From NCBI RefSeq assembly GCF_000281045.1, contig NW_008246084.1, forward strand, positions 343,769-407,768: a stretch of 64,000 nt of DNA, in the 5' to 3' direction. This DNA is from Saprolegnia diclina VS20. Taxonomy: Eukaryota. The notes under the pieces are model-generated. The model had not been told where the DNA came from. It worked only from the letters and a program-made list of their open reading frames with translations, and did not search any database. Every line of letters starts with the position of its first letter. Position 1 is the first letter of the stretch. Positions 47,176-60,476 of the stretch are shown in pieces. The position numbers and the translations under genes are program-made.

Positions 47176-47927
47176 CGCTTTCGGTCGACTTGGGAAAATG
47201 GCCCACGCAATCGGCCATTGATTGGTGCTTTCCACTGTACACCGGTGTACATTCTTGGTCCTCCAGAAACACGCAACGCCCGACGCTATGCAGCTCATTC
47301 GACGCAGAATTCGTGCGTAGAGAATGCAACTGTGCTAGTACAAAGCTCTGTGCATGCAACGAACACTACCACGGTCACGATCTAGCACCATATCACGTCC
47401 TTTCCTATGTCGACAAAGTCTATCTCTGTAGAACGCCCACATGGGCTGGCCTGGATACGAACTATGTACAAAAATTAGACGAGATTGACAAGCATTGCGA
47501 CGACGAGCCGCAGCCGACACCTTGTGTACTGCAAGCGTGAGTACATTGCATTGCAGAGGATCGACGTCGGGCGTGGTAGGCGGAAATTATTTTGTACACC
47601 GGGGCACAAGACGACGGTGTCTGTCGAACGTTAACCACATCGTATCCGGATGTGAAAAATAGGTCGCGCGAAACACACGTTTTTCACGCTCCACAACGGC
47701 ATGAAGCTCGTCGCTCGATCCTTGGGGCCCGTCTGTGGTAGAAGGCGTGGGGCCTGTAGCCAACTCCTCGCAAAACATTAGTTGGCATCGGCGAATCGAC
47801 TTGTCATTATGCTATGATGCATTGCCACTGGGATACGATCCACATGCCTGCATCGCCCATCAGCACGCCACGTATGCCATCCGGATACCATCCGGCATGG
47901 CTTTCGTCTGGCCACTAGATCGCGTTC

Positions 47928-49149
47928 ATGGCCCTGCGGCAGCGACGTTCTCCTTCCTCGACGACGACCGGCGAGACCGACACCCCGTCCTCTTCTTCGC
48001 CTCCACCTCGTCCAGCGCCACCGGCCTCCGCCTTTATGAAGATCGCGACCAGCGTCTTTGCGCTCATCTTCCTCGCCTCGTGCGTGCACGGCGTGCTCCC
48101 AACTACGACCCTCATTGGCATTGGCGATACTACGACGGACTCGCCGGTCCGCCTCACGAGCGGTGCCAGCTTCCCGAGCGGCTCTCGCCGTATTTCCAAT
48201 GAGGCTGGCACTCTGGCTTGGGCCTCGGGTCAAAGCGCATCGCCCTCTGCTTCGTCCGAGTCCGAGATGCTCATTTGGACCGCCGACATGACGCTTCGCG
48301 CCAAGCACGGCAGTGGCGCGTGGGACGCGGCGCGTGCACACATCCAGTCGCATTTGCTTCTCCACGGCTTTCTCGAAGACGAGTCCGAGTCGGCGGATCG
48401 CTCCGAGTACAGATTGTACAGTGCAAATGTGCGCTGCGTATCGCGCTCAACCAACGCGACGATTCCATGCCCACAGGACGTTTACCTCGAGAATCACGAG
48501 CCGCCTGCGCGCCTTCGAACGTGGCACTTTACGTGGCGCGTCGAGGCCTTCCACGACAGGCTTCGCGCGCTGGAAGGCGTGCCAGACGTGGTGCCCAACA
48601 CGACGGTCGCGTCCAAGCGCGTTACCCGCTTCGATGCGAGCGCCGAGTACATGGATGCGTCGGGGCGTAGTGCCACCTTGCGACTCACGCGGGCGGCGCT
48701 GGAGAAGCTCCTTGAGCAAGCGACGAACGTCCAGGAGATTGCGTCCATTGTCACGCAGGTCCAAGACGTCACCGAGAAGATCGAAGCCGCCGAAAGCAAG
48801 CTCCTGCGCACGTCGACTTCCGTGCGCCTCAGCAAAATCAGCGTCGACCTGGAAGAACACGACGCCGACGCGCGCGTCGTGGTCGTCGATGACCGTGGTC
48901 GGTCTTTCTCCTTTCTCGTTTCGGCTCGCTCATTTGCGCATGGGAATGGTAGCGCCGCCGAGCAAGTCGCGTTGGGCGGCCGCGTATGAGCGTGCGGTCG
49001 GCGTCCTCCAGCTATGCGGCAACCTCGCCATCGACGGCATCATGCTAGCACTCGTCGTGGGGACACCGATGACGATCGTGCTGTGGCTCGGCTGGAAGCT
49101 CTTCGCTCGCCTGCGCCAGTCCGACGACCGCTACAACCGTCTCGCATGA
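47928..49149 (+). CDS. DUF4349-like membrane-anchored protein
   Basis: N-terminal hydrophobic segment; DASAEYMDASGRSATLR..LEKLLEQATNVQEI..IEAAESKL..VRLSKISVDLEE; intron about 48898-48952; C-terminal TM helix. Confidence 0.65.
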
Positions 49150-49953
49150 TCCACCGCCTGATGTCCCATCAACGCATATTCAACGACATCTTGTTCGTCT
49201 TCTGTCCTACGTAGTATAATATTACTTGAACCCACCGCGAATACACGCACTAGCAACAGCCCATTCTACGGCGATCACAGGTGGTACGATACTAAGCCTG
49301 CAGCAGCGCCTCTTCGACGTTGCGGAGAAGCTACGTGCGCCAGCTGCAGGCCCGAGCACCCTCCGAGCAATGTCCTTCGTCATCGACATGATTGCCACCA
49401 AGCAGATCTTAGATCGACAACCAAGTGGTACGTTGAACTCAGGCTCGGGCCAGCAGCGCACGCGAAGGCTCAAGTGGGTGCTTCCTTCTCGCACCTCATG
49501 TCCGCTCGCACAATTCTCTCGCACAAATGCACTGGAACGCTGCTTACTCTTATACCTACCCAAGCACCACGTAGAAGTACCCCAAAATGCACCACGTCCC
49601 GGTCATCTTGTTGCCAACGACACTGAGATCTCACGCTTTGTCGAAGGTTGCCTCCAATGGTGTCGATCGACTCTTCGCGATCTTCCATGCAGCTATGATC
49701 GCCTGCGCATGAAGTCGCTCGACGACCTTTTGTCAAAGGTGTGATCTGAGCAAAGATCGCCACAGAAAACTGACACCTTGCCGTACCAGCCGAAGTCCCC
49801 CGACGCCTTTGTCGAGCCAATCGGAGCGCGCACGACCAGCTGCAGGTCCTTCCCCGTCGTCGTGTTGGCACATGGCGTCATTGTAGGGCCATGGGTGAAC
49901 TTGAAGTTGGCCGACCAGATTGCCTTTCCCGGATCTTGGTCTTTTGTCGGGCA

Positions 49954-49965
49954 GCTCATTTTGCA
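49954..49965 (+). promoter_or_regulatory. Inr-like element
   Basis: GCTCATTTTGCA ends 15 nt upstream of the ALDH ATG. Confidence 0.5.
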
Positions 49966-49979
49966 ACCGACTTTGCTCC

Positions 49980-51588
49980 ATGCACGCCGTCTTTGCCCGC
50001 GCCGCCCGCCACAGCCTCGGCGCCCGCCGTCGCTTTACCCACCATGCGCCCGCCGTCCACCAGACGCAGCTGCTCATCAACGGCGAGTTCGTGCCCGCGA
50101 CGTCCGGCAAGACGTTCGACACGTTCAACCCCGCGACCGAGGCCAAGATTGCGAGCGTCCACGCTGCTGGCGCCGACGACGTTGACAAGGCCGTGCACGC
50201 GGCCCGTGACGCCTTTGACCATGGCCCGTGGCGCAAGCTCTCGGGCTCGCAGCGCGCGAATCTCATGCGCAAGTTCGCCGACCTCATCGAGGCCAACGCG
50301 GACGAGCTCGCGGCGCTCGAAGCACTCGACAACGGCAAGCCGTGCAGCGTCGCCAAGGGCGTCGACGTCGACCTCGCGATCAAGTGTATCCGGTACTACG
50401 CGGGCTGGGCCGACAAGATCACGGGCAAGACGATCCCGATCGACGGGCCGTTCTTCTGCTACACCAAGGACGAACCGGTGGGTGTCTGCGCGCAGATCAT
50501 TCCGTGGAACTTTCCGATCTTGATGGCGGCGTGGAAGCTCGGGCCGCTTCTCGCGACGGGTTGCACGAGTGTGCTCAAGCCCGCCGAGCAGACGCCGCTC
50601 ACGGCGCTCCGCCTCGGTGAGCTAATCGTCGAGGCGGGGTTCCCGAAGGGGGTTGTCAATATCGTTCCGGGCGAGGGCGCTACGACGGGCCGGTACCTCG
50701 CGCAGCACCCGCTTGTCGACAAGGTCGCGTTTACGGGCTCGACCGAGGTCGGCTTTGAGATCATGCGCCAGTCGCACCCGTCCAACCTCAAGCGCGTGAC
50801 GCTCGAGCTCGGCGGCAAGTCGGCCAACATCATCATGCCCGACGCCGACCTTGACCTCGCAATTGCGGCGTCGCAGGTCGGTCTCTTCCACAACCAAGGT
50901 CCGTTCCATCGTCCATGGGTATGATGGTCCGCTCATGACGTCTCTAGGTCAATGCTGCATTGCGGGCAGCCGCGTCTTTGTCCACGAAGACATTTACGAC
51001 GAGTTCATTGCCAAGTCGGCGGTCGCGGCCGCCAAGAACGTCGTCGGCGACCCGTTCTGCGCCAAGACGACCCAAGGGTAGGATCGCATTTGCTATCATT
51101 TCTTATTTTTCATTTCGATGCGTAGACCGCAGGTCAACGAAGAGCAGTTCCGCAAGATCCTCGCCTACATTGAGACGGGGAAGCGCGAGGGCGCGCGGCT
51201 CCTCACGGGCGGCAAGCGCCATGGCAAGAAGGGCTGGTTCATCGAGCCGACAGTCTTTGCCGACGTCGAGGACCACATGACGATCGCCAAGGAAGAGATC
51301 TTTGGTCCGGTCATGAGCATCCTCAAGTTCAAGGACGTCGACGATGTGATTGCACGCGCGAATGCGTCCGAGTACGGCCTCGGCGCCGGCGTCGTCACCA
51401 AGGACATCAACAACGTCATGAAGCTCACCAACGGTCTCCGCGCCGGCACCGTGTACGTCAACTGCTACGACGTCTTTGACGCCGCGGCGCCGTTTGGCGG
51501 CTTCAAGAACTCGGGTCTCGGCCGCGAGCTCGGCGAGGCCGGTCTTCGCCCGTATGTCGAAAACAAGACGGTCATCATCAAGCAGTAA
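49980..51588 (+). CDS. Aldehyde dehydrogenase, mitochondrial ALDH2-like
   Basis: [61 protein letters not shown]; two introns. Confidence 0.95.
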
Positions 51589-51664
51589 TTGGAATACGTG
51601 TCAATGTATATCTTGTCAGATACGATCTCCAGTGCCTTCGTTGACCAGCAATGACGTGGCACGC

Positions 51665-52927
51665 TCACGGCGCGATGAGCGCATATCCTTTTGCGGACGG
51701 GGAGCGCATGTCGCGCTTGGCGAGGATCGTAATGCCGTAGATGGTCACGAGGACGCCAATGGGAAAGCAAATGCCTTGGGCGAGCGAGTAGCTTTTGAAC
51801 TCTTCAAAGTACACGGCGCCGCCCAGCACGGAAAACGTGATGAAGAAGCACTACGCGTACGTCAGTCGCCTCGAAGTCTCCTCTCATGCTCGAACCGTAA
51901 AGACGGGCACGATGTAGAGCGAGTCAAAGTGCTTGAGCCCCATCGCGAGCACATGCGTCTACGAAGCAAGATGATTGCATTGGGCTGCTGTACGGAGCCA
52001 AAGCAATCGACCTGCGTCGTGATCGTCACGGCCAGCGCGGCGAGGATCACAAACGACAGCACGTGGTTGAACTGGTTCTCGCCCGCAAACGTTTGCTTGA
52101 TGAGCTCGCCCGTCGACTTGGCAAACATGACCGACTGCGCGCCGACGACGCCTACGCCGACGAGAATGTCGTTGATGTCTAGAGATGTAGGAGAAGGAAC
52201 CGGACAAGGCGGCGTACGCGAGCGGGTGCCACTTGCGGTAGACCGCGTACGCCTCGGACGACGCGCCGTGCGTGTGCAGCGCGGCCTCGGAGTTCGTCTT
52301 GAGGAGCGTGCTACCAACGCATGTGAGAACCTGCGCTATCGCAAGGCGCATACAAGAAGGCGATCATGAGCACGATAAAGATGGCGTAGAAGAGCATGTC
52401 CCAGCGCTTGTAGAGCGCAATGAGCTCGTCGAGCGTATACGACGTGCTCTCGTGCGCGCCAAAGACGCAGACGATGATGGCGCCGATGCAGATAAAGATC
52501 GTGCCATACAGATCGTTCCGTGTCAGTGCTTCCTTGAGCCAAAAGTGCGCAAAAAAGATGTTGGCGACGAGCGTGAAGCTGCCGACGGGCATGATGACGC
52601 TCTACCGCGTGGTGATGCGCAGTACTCTTAGTGGGCGACGAGACCTGCGCGGCGAACGAGAGCGCTGCAAAGTCGCCGATCGAGCCAACGATGACGCAGC
52701 TAATGCCGACCCACCACTGCCAGAGCGCTGTGTACGGGCGGCGGTCGGCCTCGGCGAGGTGCGCCTGGAGCGTGAACGAGTACTTTTGGATGTTGAGCCC
52801 CTGGAGAGGAGGCGCGTGTCGACGACGCGATGACAATGGTAGGACGTACAAAGTTGGAGAGCGTCGTGCCTACGAGGCAGACGCAGATGCCCGTCGCCAG
52901 GTCGTAGTTGGGCAGCCCCGTTGGCAT
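51665..52927 (-). CDS. NIPA-family magnesium transporter
   Basis: GLNIQKYS, PYTALWQWWVG, GDFAALSFAAQ, PVGSFTLVANIFFA, GGAVYFEEF; multi-exon. Confidence 0.88.
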
Positions 52928-53083
52928 CGTCAATCGCGCAGTGCTGCCTTTTTATTTGCTGTTTATTTTATTTTATTTTTAATTCGTAGATTCGCTTCGT
53001 ATCTCGAGAACCAGGTTCAACAACGTGGTGGGGTGCACGACGCGATCAATGGAATGGAAAGGATCAGGTCATTAGGAGACAAA

Positions 53084-54595
53084 TTACTCCATAAACTTTA
53101 GCGAGCCAACGACAAGGTTCTTGGACGGAAGCGGGCCGTGGCAGGGCACGAGCAGCGTGATTTTGCTCGTTTGGACGTTCACCGCTTTGCTACACAACGG
53201 TATATGAGACACCACGACGATGGAAAGAGGACGCATGAGTACATTTGGACAAAGCCAGCGGCGCTGGCGGCGAGGAGCGACTGCGGGTCCATGCCAATGT
53301 CGTCGTCCTTGATGCTCGACTTGTGGATGACTGCTGCAATGCAGTGCGCCAAGTCGACAGTCTTTTCGACCGGAAGCACACGCAGCCGCTGCAAGTCGTC
53401 GACTTGACCGACGGGCAGCATGACGTCCGAGACGGTCAAATCTAAGCCCAGTGTTGGAAGCATGTACATTTTGATATGGCCGCGTACCGTGCACGCGGTA
53501 GATGTTGATGTCTTCAAACGACAGCTCGACGACGTGGGGCGAGTACTCGTAGAGCGACTGCATTGGCGCTGCGTTTGGGATCTTCTTGCCGTAAAAGTAG
53601 GCGTGGCAGCCGTCCATGCGAAGCTGGTGCCGAAGCTGGTTGGAGCTACGCACGCATTTCGTAAGTGCTAGGACGATGAATGCGATAAACAAGGTACCGC
53701 TGGACGACGCCATCCGAGCGTGGCAGCTTGATGACCGAAGTAGATGGCGTCACGGCCGAGCTCAGCTCGCTAAACAACCGATCCTGACCCAGGACGATGA
53801 CGAGGTCGATACGGAACGCCTGGATGCAGTGTACAAGCGCTTGGTAGCCTTCATTGTCGATCGAGCCCGACGTGTTGACAATCATGCCCGCGGCGTTGAC
53901 TACACATTTGTGTCAATCAAGTCCTGCTGCAACATGCTACCTTCGGCGTCGTTGGCGAGGCGCTGGTCCACGCGCTTGGCCAGCTCCGACGCTTGAAACT
54001 TGTACAGTTCCGAGTTGTCCTTGAGCGTCGTGTGACCAAAGTAGTATGCCAATGGCGCCGTCAAGACAAAGTCGTCTTCCACGCTCATGCAGTTGGTCTC
54101 GAGCGGCGTCGCCGCAATCGTTCCGGGGACACTCAGCAGACCATGCGCCACGTCCAAGTCGACAAACGTCGGCTTGCGGCCCATGCGCAGCGCGTAGTTG
54201 AGGAGGATGCGCGTGACGGTCGACTTGCCCGAGTCGGTCGGGCCCGTGATGAGCACGCGCGGCCCGCAGCCCTTGACGTTCCAAGCGTCGCAGCGCATGC
54301 GGTCAAGCTGCGTATGAATGTTGATGATCGAGGCCATTGGCGTCTCGTCCGAGGTGTACGACACGGAGCACTTGCCCGTGACGAGGAGCTCGCAGCCATG
54401 CCACGTGAAGATGGCCAATTGGCACTTGCGGAAGCGGTAGTCCTTATCCTTGGCCAGCTCGGCGCCAAAGAGCTCGGCGGTCCCCGACTTGAGGCGGATG
54501 AGGACGTCGTCGGCGCCCTGGACCTCGAAGCGGAACTCGCAGTTGGGCTTGAGGTACACGCGCTCTGGCGCGGGCTCGTCCGCGCTGGTGTTCAT
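53084..54595 (-). CDS. CLP1: CLP1 (polynucleotide 5'-kinase / cleavage factor subunit)
   Basis: EFRFEV, GTAELFGAEL, AIFTWHGC, ETPM, GPTDSGKST, LLNYALR, DLDV, PGTIAA, YFYG, YSPH. Confidence 0.92.
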
Positions 54596-54837
54596 CCTAA
54601 CGAAAGCTGTGGAATGGATGGATCCGGATAATCTCCGACCCTGTCCAATCCGTGGGCCTGCCATCCGGAAGATTGAAATAATCGGATTATGGCCAATCAC
54701 ATACCGTCCTTTTCAAAGCGGGGTAGGGTAAATTTTGCATACTGAAACCAAGTTGATTTTGAAAGATCTCGCGCGCAAAATCATCCCGCTTCATTTTGAG
54801 ATTGGACGCGCGGTGCAACAAAGGGGACGACCGGCCG

Positions 54838-57800
54838 ATGCAATCGATCAACCACCTCGTGGGTCTCGCGGTCGGGAAGCGCACGCTCCTCCTCGAGCAG
54901 ATGGCCAAGGCGAAGAAGAAGACGCTCCAGGGCGCCGAGGAATCGGCGCATGAGCTAGTCCAGCTGCTCCAGCAAGAGACGAAGAAGCGCAAGTATGCGA
55001 CGATGATCAACCTCATCAAGTACGCGCGCATGTGCTCGCAGCAGGTTACTTAGCACACGGGTAGGGTCATGAAGTTCTCGTTTGTCGACTCGGAAACGTG
55101 CATGCGGCGACTGCACGAGGCTGGCTTTGCAGCGGCACTCGTCGACGTTTTGAAGGCCTTGAAAAACGGTATATTCTGCAAGTCGCGACCAAAAACATCA
55201 ATCTGCATCTCATGTAGTGAACCAAGGACGGTGGCTCGAGGTCTTTTTGACCAACCTTGCCGACTTGGTCAGCCAGCAACCAGCATTTTGGCTTGATGCG
55301 AACATTTGATGCTAGGCCGAGTGGGACCTCTTCCCGTCGCAATTTCGAAAGGCGTTAGTGGAAGAAGTGCTGGCGGTCATCGAACGTCGGCTCTCGGACT
55401 GCGACCCCTTGGCCACGGAAGCGATGAGCGTCGTCACGGCCATCTTCTCCAGTAATGCGCAAGGGACGTTGAGCGACATGCAAGCCAGCACCACATGCAT
55501 CCCAAAGATGCTGCACATCGCGTACAACATCCCGAAGATGAAGTCGTTCCACTTGCAAGCTCTGCTCGTCGAGTTTGTGTACCGCGTCTTGCGCTTGCTT
55601 CGCAAGGGAAGCGGGAAGAAGGAGCAAGATCTCGTGGCGAGCCTACTGCAAAAGCTTCCTTCAACTCTCTCCAAGTGGATCTCGGAGGTTACTGCAAAGG
55701 TTCAAAGTATGAGTACGAAGGCAAGTTCGTCCTGACGCTTTTTATGGTAGCAATTTCGACAAGGCACTCGCGACATCTTGAATCAGTTCAACCGCGAGGT
55801 TGGCGTCGTGACGACATTTGCTTTGCAAAGCATTGTGCTTGAGGGCAGCGGGAAAACACGGGTATCGAGCCCCTACCCAAAATTTTTGTTCTTACAGCTG
55901 ACAACAGATTACTGCGAGCAGTGCGCCTTGGATCGACATTGGCGGCTTGACTTGCGAAGTCGAGCTCCAAGTTCCGGTCAAGGCCGAAGACGCCCAAGGG
56001 TTGCTCAAGCTCCACGCAAACGACATTGATGGCTACCATGTGCACACTGGGTCCGGCATCACCATGATCGTCAAGCCAACACTGTCGCTCGCTGACGTGA
56101 TCCCGAACGTGAACGATGCAGAGTGGGGTCTCGTGAAAGGGGTTTCTGTCGTTTTCGAGGCCAATGCTCAGGTCACGGCCTGTGAACGACGCATGGGCTC
56201 ATTTCAGTCATAGGCGCTTGCTGACCTCGAGAAGGCTCTCTGTGAGCGATTTGGCCCCCCAAAATCGACTCGTCACACCGTTCCTGGCCAGTTGAAGGAA
56301 GGACGGCAAGTCCAGGCGAAGAAGAACCCATCAGCATTTTACAACGCGCTTGCTTCTGCCCAGGAGAACGAGATGAAGACGAAAGACGCCGAGCCAAGCC
56401 GCAAGGAGGACGCGAACAAGTCCAAAGTGATGAAGGCAACGAAGGTATACACTTGTATTCGCCAACGCGATCTGGACTCAATACCTTTATCACAGAATGC
56501 CGAAAGCTCGCGAGAAATCAAGGCTGAGTACATTGCGTCCGGAGGCAGCGACGAGCTGACGACGAAGCGGTTACCGATGGCTCCGATGAAGGGGCAAGGC
56601 AAGCGCTCGATAGACCAAGTCGAGCCCACCACAGACCATCGCATCGGATTGACTGCAATGCGCCACCCCGATCGCCGAGCGCCTTCTGTGAAGAAGCTTA
56701 CAAGTGCCTCGGTGGGCATGGTCGAGGTTGCAACCCGAGTCGTAGCACGAAAGGCGGCGGCAAGCCCGCCCCACAAGCGCATGAAGGTCGAGCCCGAGAC
56801 CCAGCAGCAAGCGCCCGCGCAAAAGAAAGTGACGTCGGCAAGCAACAAGATCGAGACCATGAAGCCTACACCCTCAACACGCCGCAACGTTCAGATCAAG
56901 GAGGAGGTATTGTCGGAGCCCGTTGACAAAGCCCCACCCACTCGATCGTCAACACGACTGGGACGGCAGAGGGCGACCGAGCGACGTTTTCACCACCACA
57001 AGGAATCACGTTACGGCTACGACCCGCAAGGCGACGAGCAGGCACAGCAATCCTCGCTGCCGCACGTCGAGCAACACCCAAACCATGAATATGGGGTCTC
57101 TTTGGACGGCCACGACAAACGTCAAGCATATGACAGAAACTCTAGCGAGCAGGGAATTATCACGGGGCATCGATCGACGGCAATAATCTTGCGATCATAT
57201 TTGACAATCCTTACGCCGCATCTTGCCAATTGTAGGCTTCTGCCAAGAACACTCGCTCACTCGCCTCGGAAACGACTGGCAAAAGCAGCCTCACCACGTT
57301 GATTGAGAGCATGCAACAGTTTTCCAACGACTTTCGCGCGAGCAACAAATGCAATTCCGGAGAAGATGAGCCGCAAGATGCTGAAGAACGCTGCATCGCC
57401 TGGGTGCCACCCGAGTCTCCGACGAGCTCGCAAACGTCAGACACGAGCAGCTCAATGTCGCTCGATCCCGAGCCCGATGGCTGTCACTACCCAAGCAAGG
57501 AGACCATGCACGTCATTGCGGGTACCTGCGATACGCTTCAACAGACTTGTTCCTTACGTGCTGGTCTAGTATCCCCCAAACCGAACGTCCCATTGACGCG
57601 GAAGCCTATTTGTGGGAAGCACGAAGTGCACGGAAGCGCCAAGACCATGGAGCCGCCTCGCTCGAAGCTCGATCCTCAAGAGACGCAGCGTCATTTGCTC
57701 TCGCAGCTCAAGCTTCTCGGAGATGCGGTGCTCGCCGAGCAAGATGCGTTTCGTGAGAGCAAGATCGAGGCGCTGTGTCGCCACGGCTTCGCGACGCTGA

Positions 57801-58180
57801 AAACGCAAGCGTCCAAGCACGTCCAACACTTGCAGTCTCGCATGAGCACCGACGCGATTGAATCGAGCCTTGGTGTGACCCTCAAGGGGCATCGCGACAC
57901 GATGGACCAGCTTGCCGGCCTTCAAGATGCTGTGAGCAGCCACTTGGACACGTCCGACACGGCAGAAGACGAGCTACTGCAAGGATGCTTCGACCTCAAG
58001 CACACGGTCCTCGAGACGCTTCGTATCAAGTGGCAAGATCAACTGCGCCCCGCGCAAAAGAAGTCGGACGCGTGCCGCAGTACGCGGGGTCGCCAAATGC
58101 ACAACAAGCTGCAAGAGATCAGCACCAAGTTCAACACCAGCGATCTGCACGCTATGCAAGCCATGCTCGGCCGAATTTAA
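54838..58180 (+). CDS. SYCP2/Red1/ASY3-like axial-element protein (ARM-like, PH-like, disordered, C-terminal coiled coil)
   Basis: Spliced SFHLQALLVEFVYRV...QFRQGTRDILNQFNREVGVVTTF...PWID...ITMIVK...ERFG, then a low-complexity middle and a helical C-terminus. Confidence 0.55.
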
Positions 58181-58383
58181 GTGTCTCGCATTAATACACG
58201 TCATCGTAACTCGTATGTGCGACGCATGACATGGTGCTGGAAGATTGCTATCATGGCTTTCACCGTAGCGACAAGGTTCGAATCGAAGAAAAGCCAATGT
58301 TCGATGCCATCCATACAAACCTTCATACATGTAAATCCAAAGGCGCAGTGTGTTGATGTTTCTAGCGATAGGATCGAAGAGTT

Positions 58384-58399
58384 GCATTCGTCAACTTGC
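58384..58399 (+). promoter_or_regulatory. Inr+FPR-like core promoter
   Basis: GCATTCGTCAACTTGC ends 19 nt upstream of ATG 58418. Confidence 0.45.
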
Positions 58400-58417
58400 T
58401 CCCAACATCAAGCAGCG

Positions 58418-60013
58418 ATGGCCGACGCGACGAGCAAAAGCAAAACGAGCGGCGCGATCAACGAACCGTCGCCACCCGAGTACTCGCGTTCGTGCAAGGA
58501 TATCATTTTTGCCATCCTCTTCCTCATCGTCGTCGGCGTCACCATCTACTTTGCAGCGAGTTTTGGCGCGACGTACATTTCCAAGACGCAGATCCAAGAT
58601 GCCAAGAAGACGACGGGCTTCATGGTCATCTTGAACTACGGCGGAATCTCGGGTGCGATCGCGATCGGCATCTCGCTGCTCTGGATCCTCACCATGATGT
58701 TTGTGGGGGAGTGCATCATTTGGGCCTCGATTGCCTTCATGATTCTCGCCAACGTCTTTGCCGCTGTCTACATGACACAGCGTCTCCATGAACGCGGTGA
58801 CGCTCACTACTGGTGGCCCGCTGCTGTGTTTGGCACTATCGCGCTTTTGATCTTACTTTACGCAGTCTGCATTCGGGTACGGGATGCATGAGGAGTGCCA
58901 CCTTAACTATTGTTGTGGTTGTAGCACCGGGTCAAGTTTGCGGCTGTGCACTTGCACATTGCGGGGAAGGCCATCTTTCGACTTCCATTCACGCTCGTCG
59001 TCGCGCTCATCATGGTCGGCGTTCAGTTGGCGTGGGCAATCACGTGCATTGTTGGTGCGTTTGGGCTGCTGCATCACCAAGGCGCCATCACATTGAGTGA
59101 CGGGTGCGCCCACAACGCTACGCTTGCCACGTGCCACGTCAAGGTTCAGTATGGCCAGGCCCTGGGCTTGCTCATCCCAATCCTCCTCGTCTTTTTCTGG
59201 GGTGCGATGGTCATCAAGAACATTTTGGCGGTCACCGTCTCGGGCACGGTCGCGAGCTGGAAGGTCAACGCGGCCGTGCCGATGATCACGGTGGTCGCCT
59301 GGGGCCGCGCGCTCACCGTGAACCTCGGCAGCATTTGCTTTGGGTCGCTCATCGTTGCGATTTTGGAGACGATTCAAACCGTTCTCGCTGGCATCTCGTA
59401 CGCAGCGCAGCAATCCGGCAACTGCGTCGCTGCGTGCATCGTGGGCTGTCTCGCGTGCCTCATTGGCGTCATCAAGTCGTGGATGGAGACCTTCAACCGG
59501 TTTGCGTATGCCTACGTTGGGATCCACGGCTACAGCTTCCTCAAGGCCGGCCACAAGGTATGCCTTTGGTCGTTTATGGAAGCATCTCACATGGCGCGGT
59601 CGTAGGTGTCCAAGATGTTTGCGTCGAAAGGTTGGTCTGCGATTGCCAATGACGACTTGACGCAAAAAGTATTCTTCCTCGGCAACCTCGTCGTCGGCAC
59701 ACTTGCTTGCTTCCTCACGATCCAAGTCGCCTCGGCCGACTTGAAGGAGGACCCGCAGCTCTTTTCGGGCCTCAAGAAGCCAGAAGCCATGATCGGTGTC
59801 CTCGGGTTCCTCATCGGCTACGTCATCAACAACCTCTTTATGTCGCTCATGGCGAGCGCCGTCTCGACGATCTTTGTTCTCTGGGCCGAAGACCCTGCGG
59901 GGTGGCAGGCGACGCAGCCCGACCACTACGCCAAGCTCCATGCGGCGTGGCTCAAAATTTACCCCGACGAGTACAACAATGGCGCGGGCAAGCCCGAGAC
60001 AAGCCAAGTCTAG
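58418..60013 (+). CDS. Choline transporter-like (CTL/SLC44/PNS1) protein
   Basis: RSCKDIIFAILF, GTVASW, LGSICFGSLIVA, FNRFAYAYVGIHGYSF, AVSTIFVLWAEDP; two introns. Confidence 0.92.
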
Positions 60014-60476
60014 TCTGCATGTCAATCCATCTTCTTCTGTCCACATTCGCAAACAATTCAGTGCTTGGCGGTACTGGGGTGACGCGTGCGACACAGAACA
60101 GAGACGTGACCACACGATGCCGTTGCATGTGGTGTATCTTCTCACAACGCATTTTCGCGCCATCTGCCTTGAATGTTCAATCGACTTCGGTCCATCGGTC
60201 CGCCACATAGTAGCTCTGCTGGACCGAGGACCGATCCTTGTCCTTGCTGCTAGTACAAGATACATAAGGCGCGGACGTCGTCGTCGCCATGACAAATAAC
60301 CGCCTGCGCTCGCGTTGTCTCGTGGGACGATGAGCTGCGATCGTGCCAACTTGAACTTTCTCCGAGGTGGTTACTTGGTCGTGCAATCGTCTGATTGGCT
60401 TATAAAAGAAGCATTTCTGCCAATGATATACGATTCATCGTGGCCAAAATTTTGACGCGCAAGCGCAGAACCCAAG

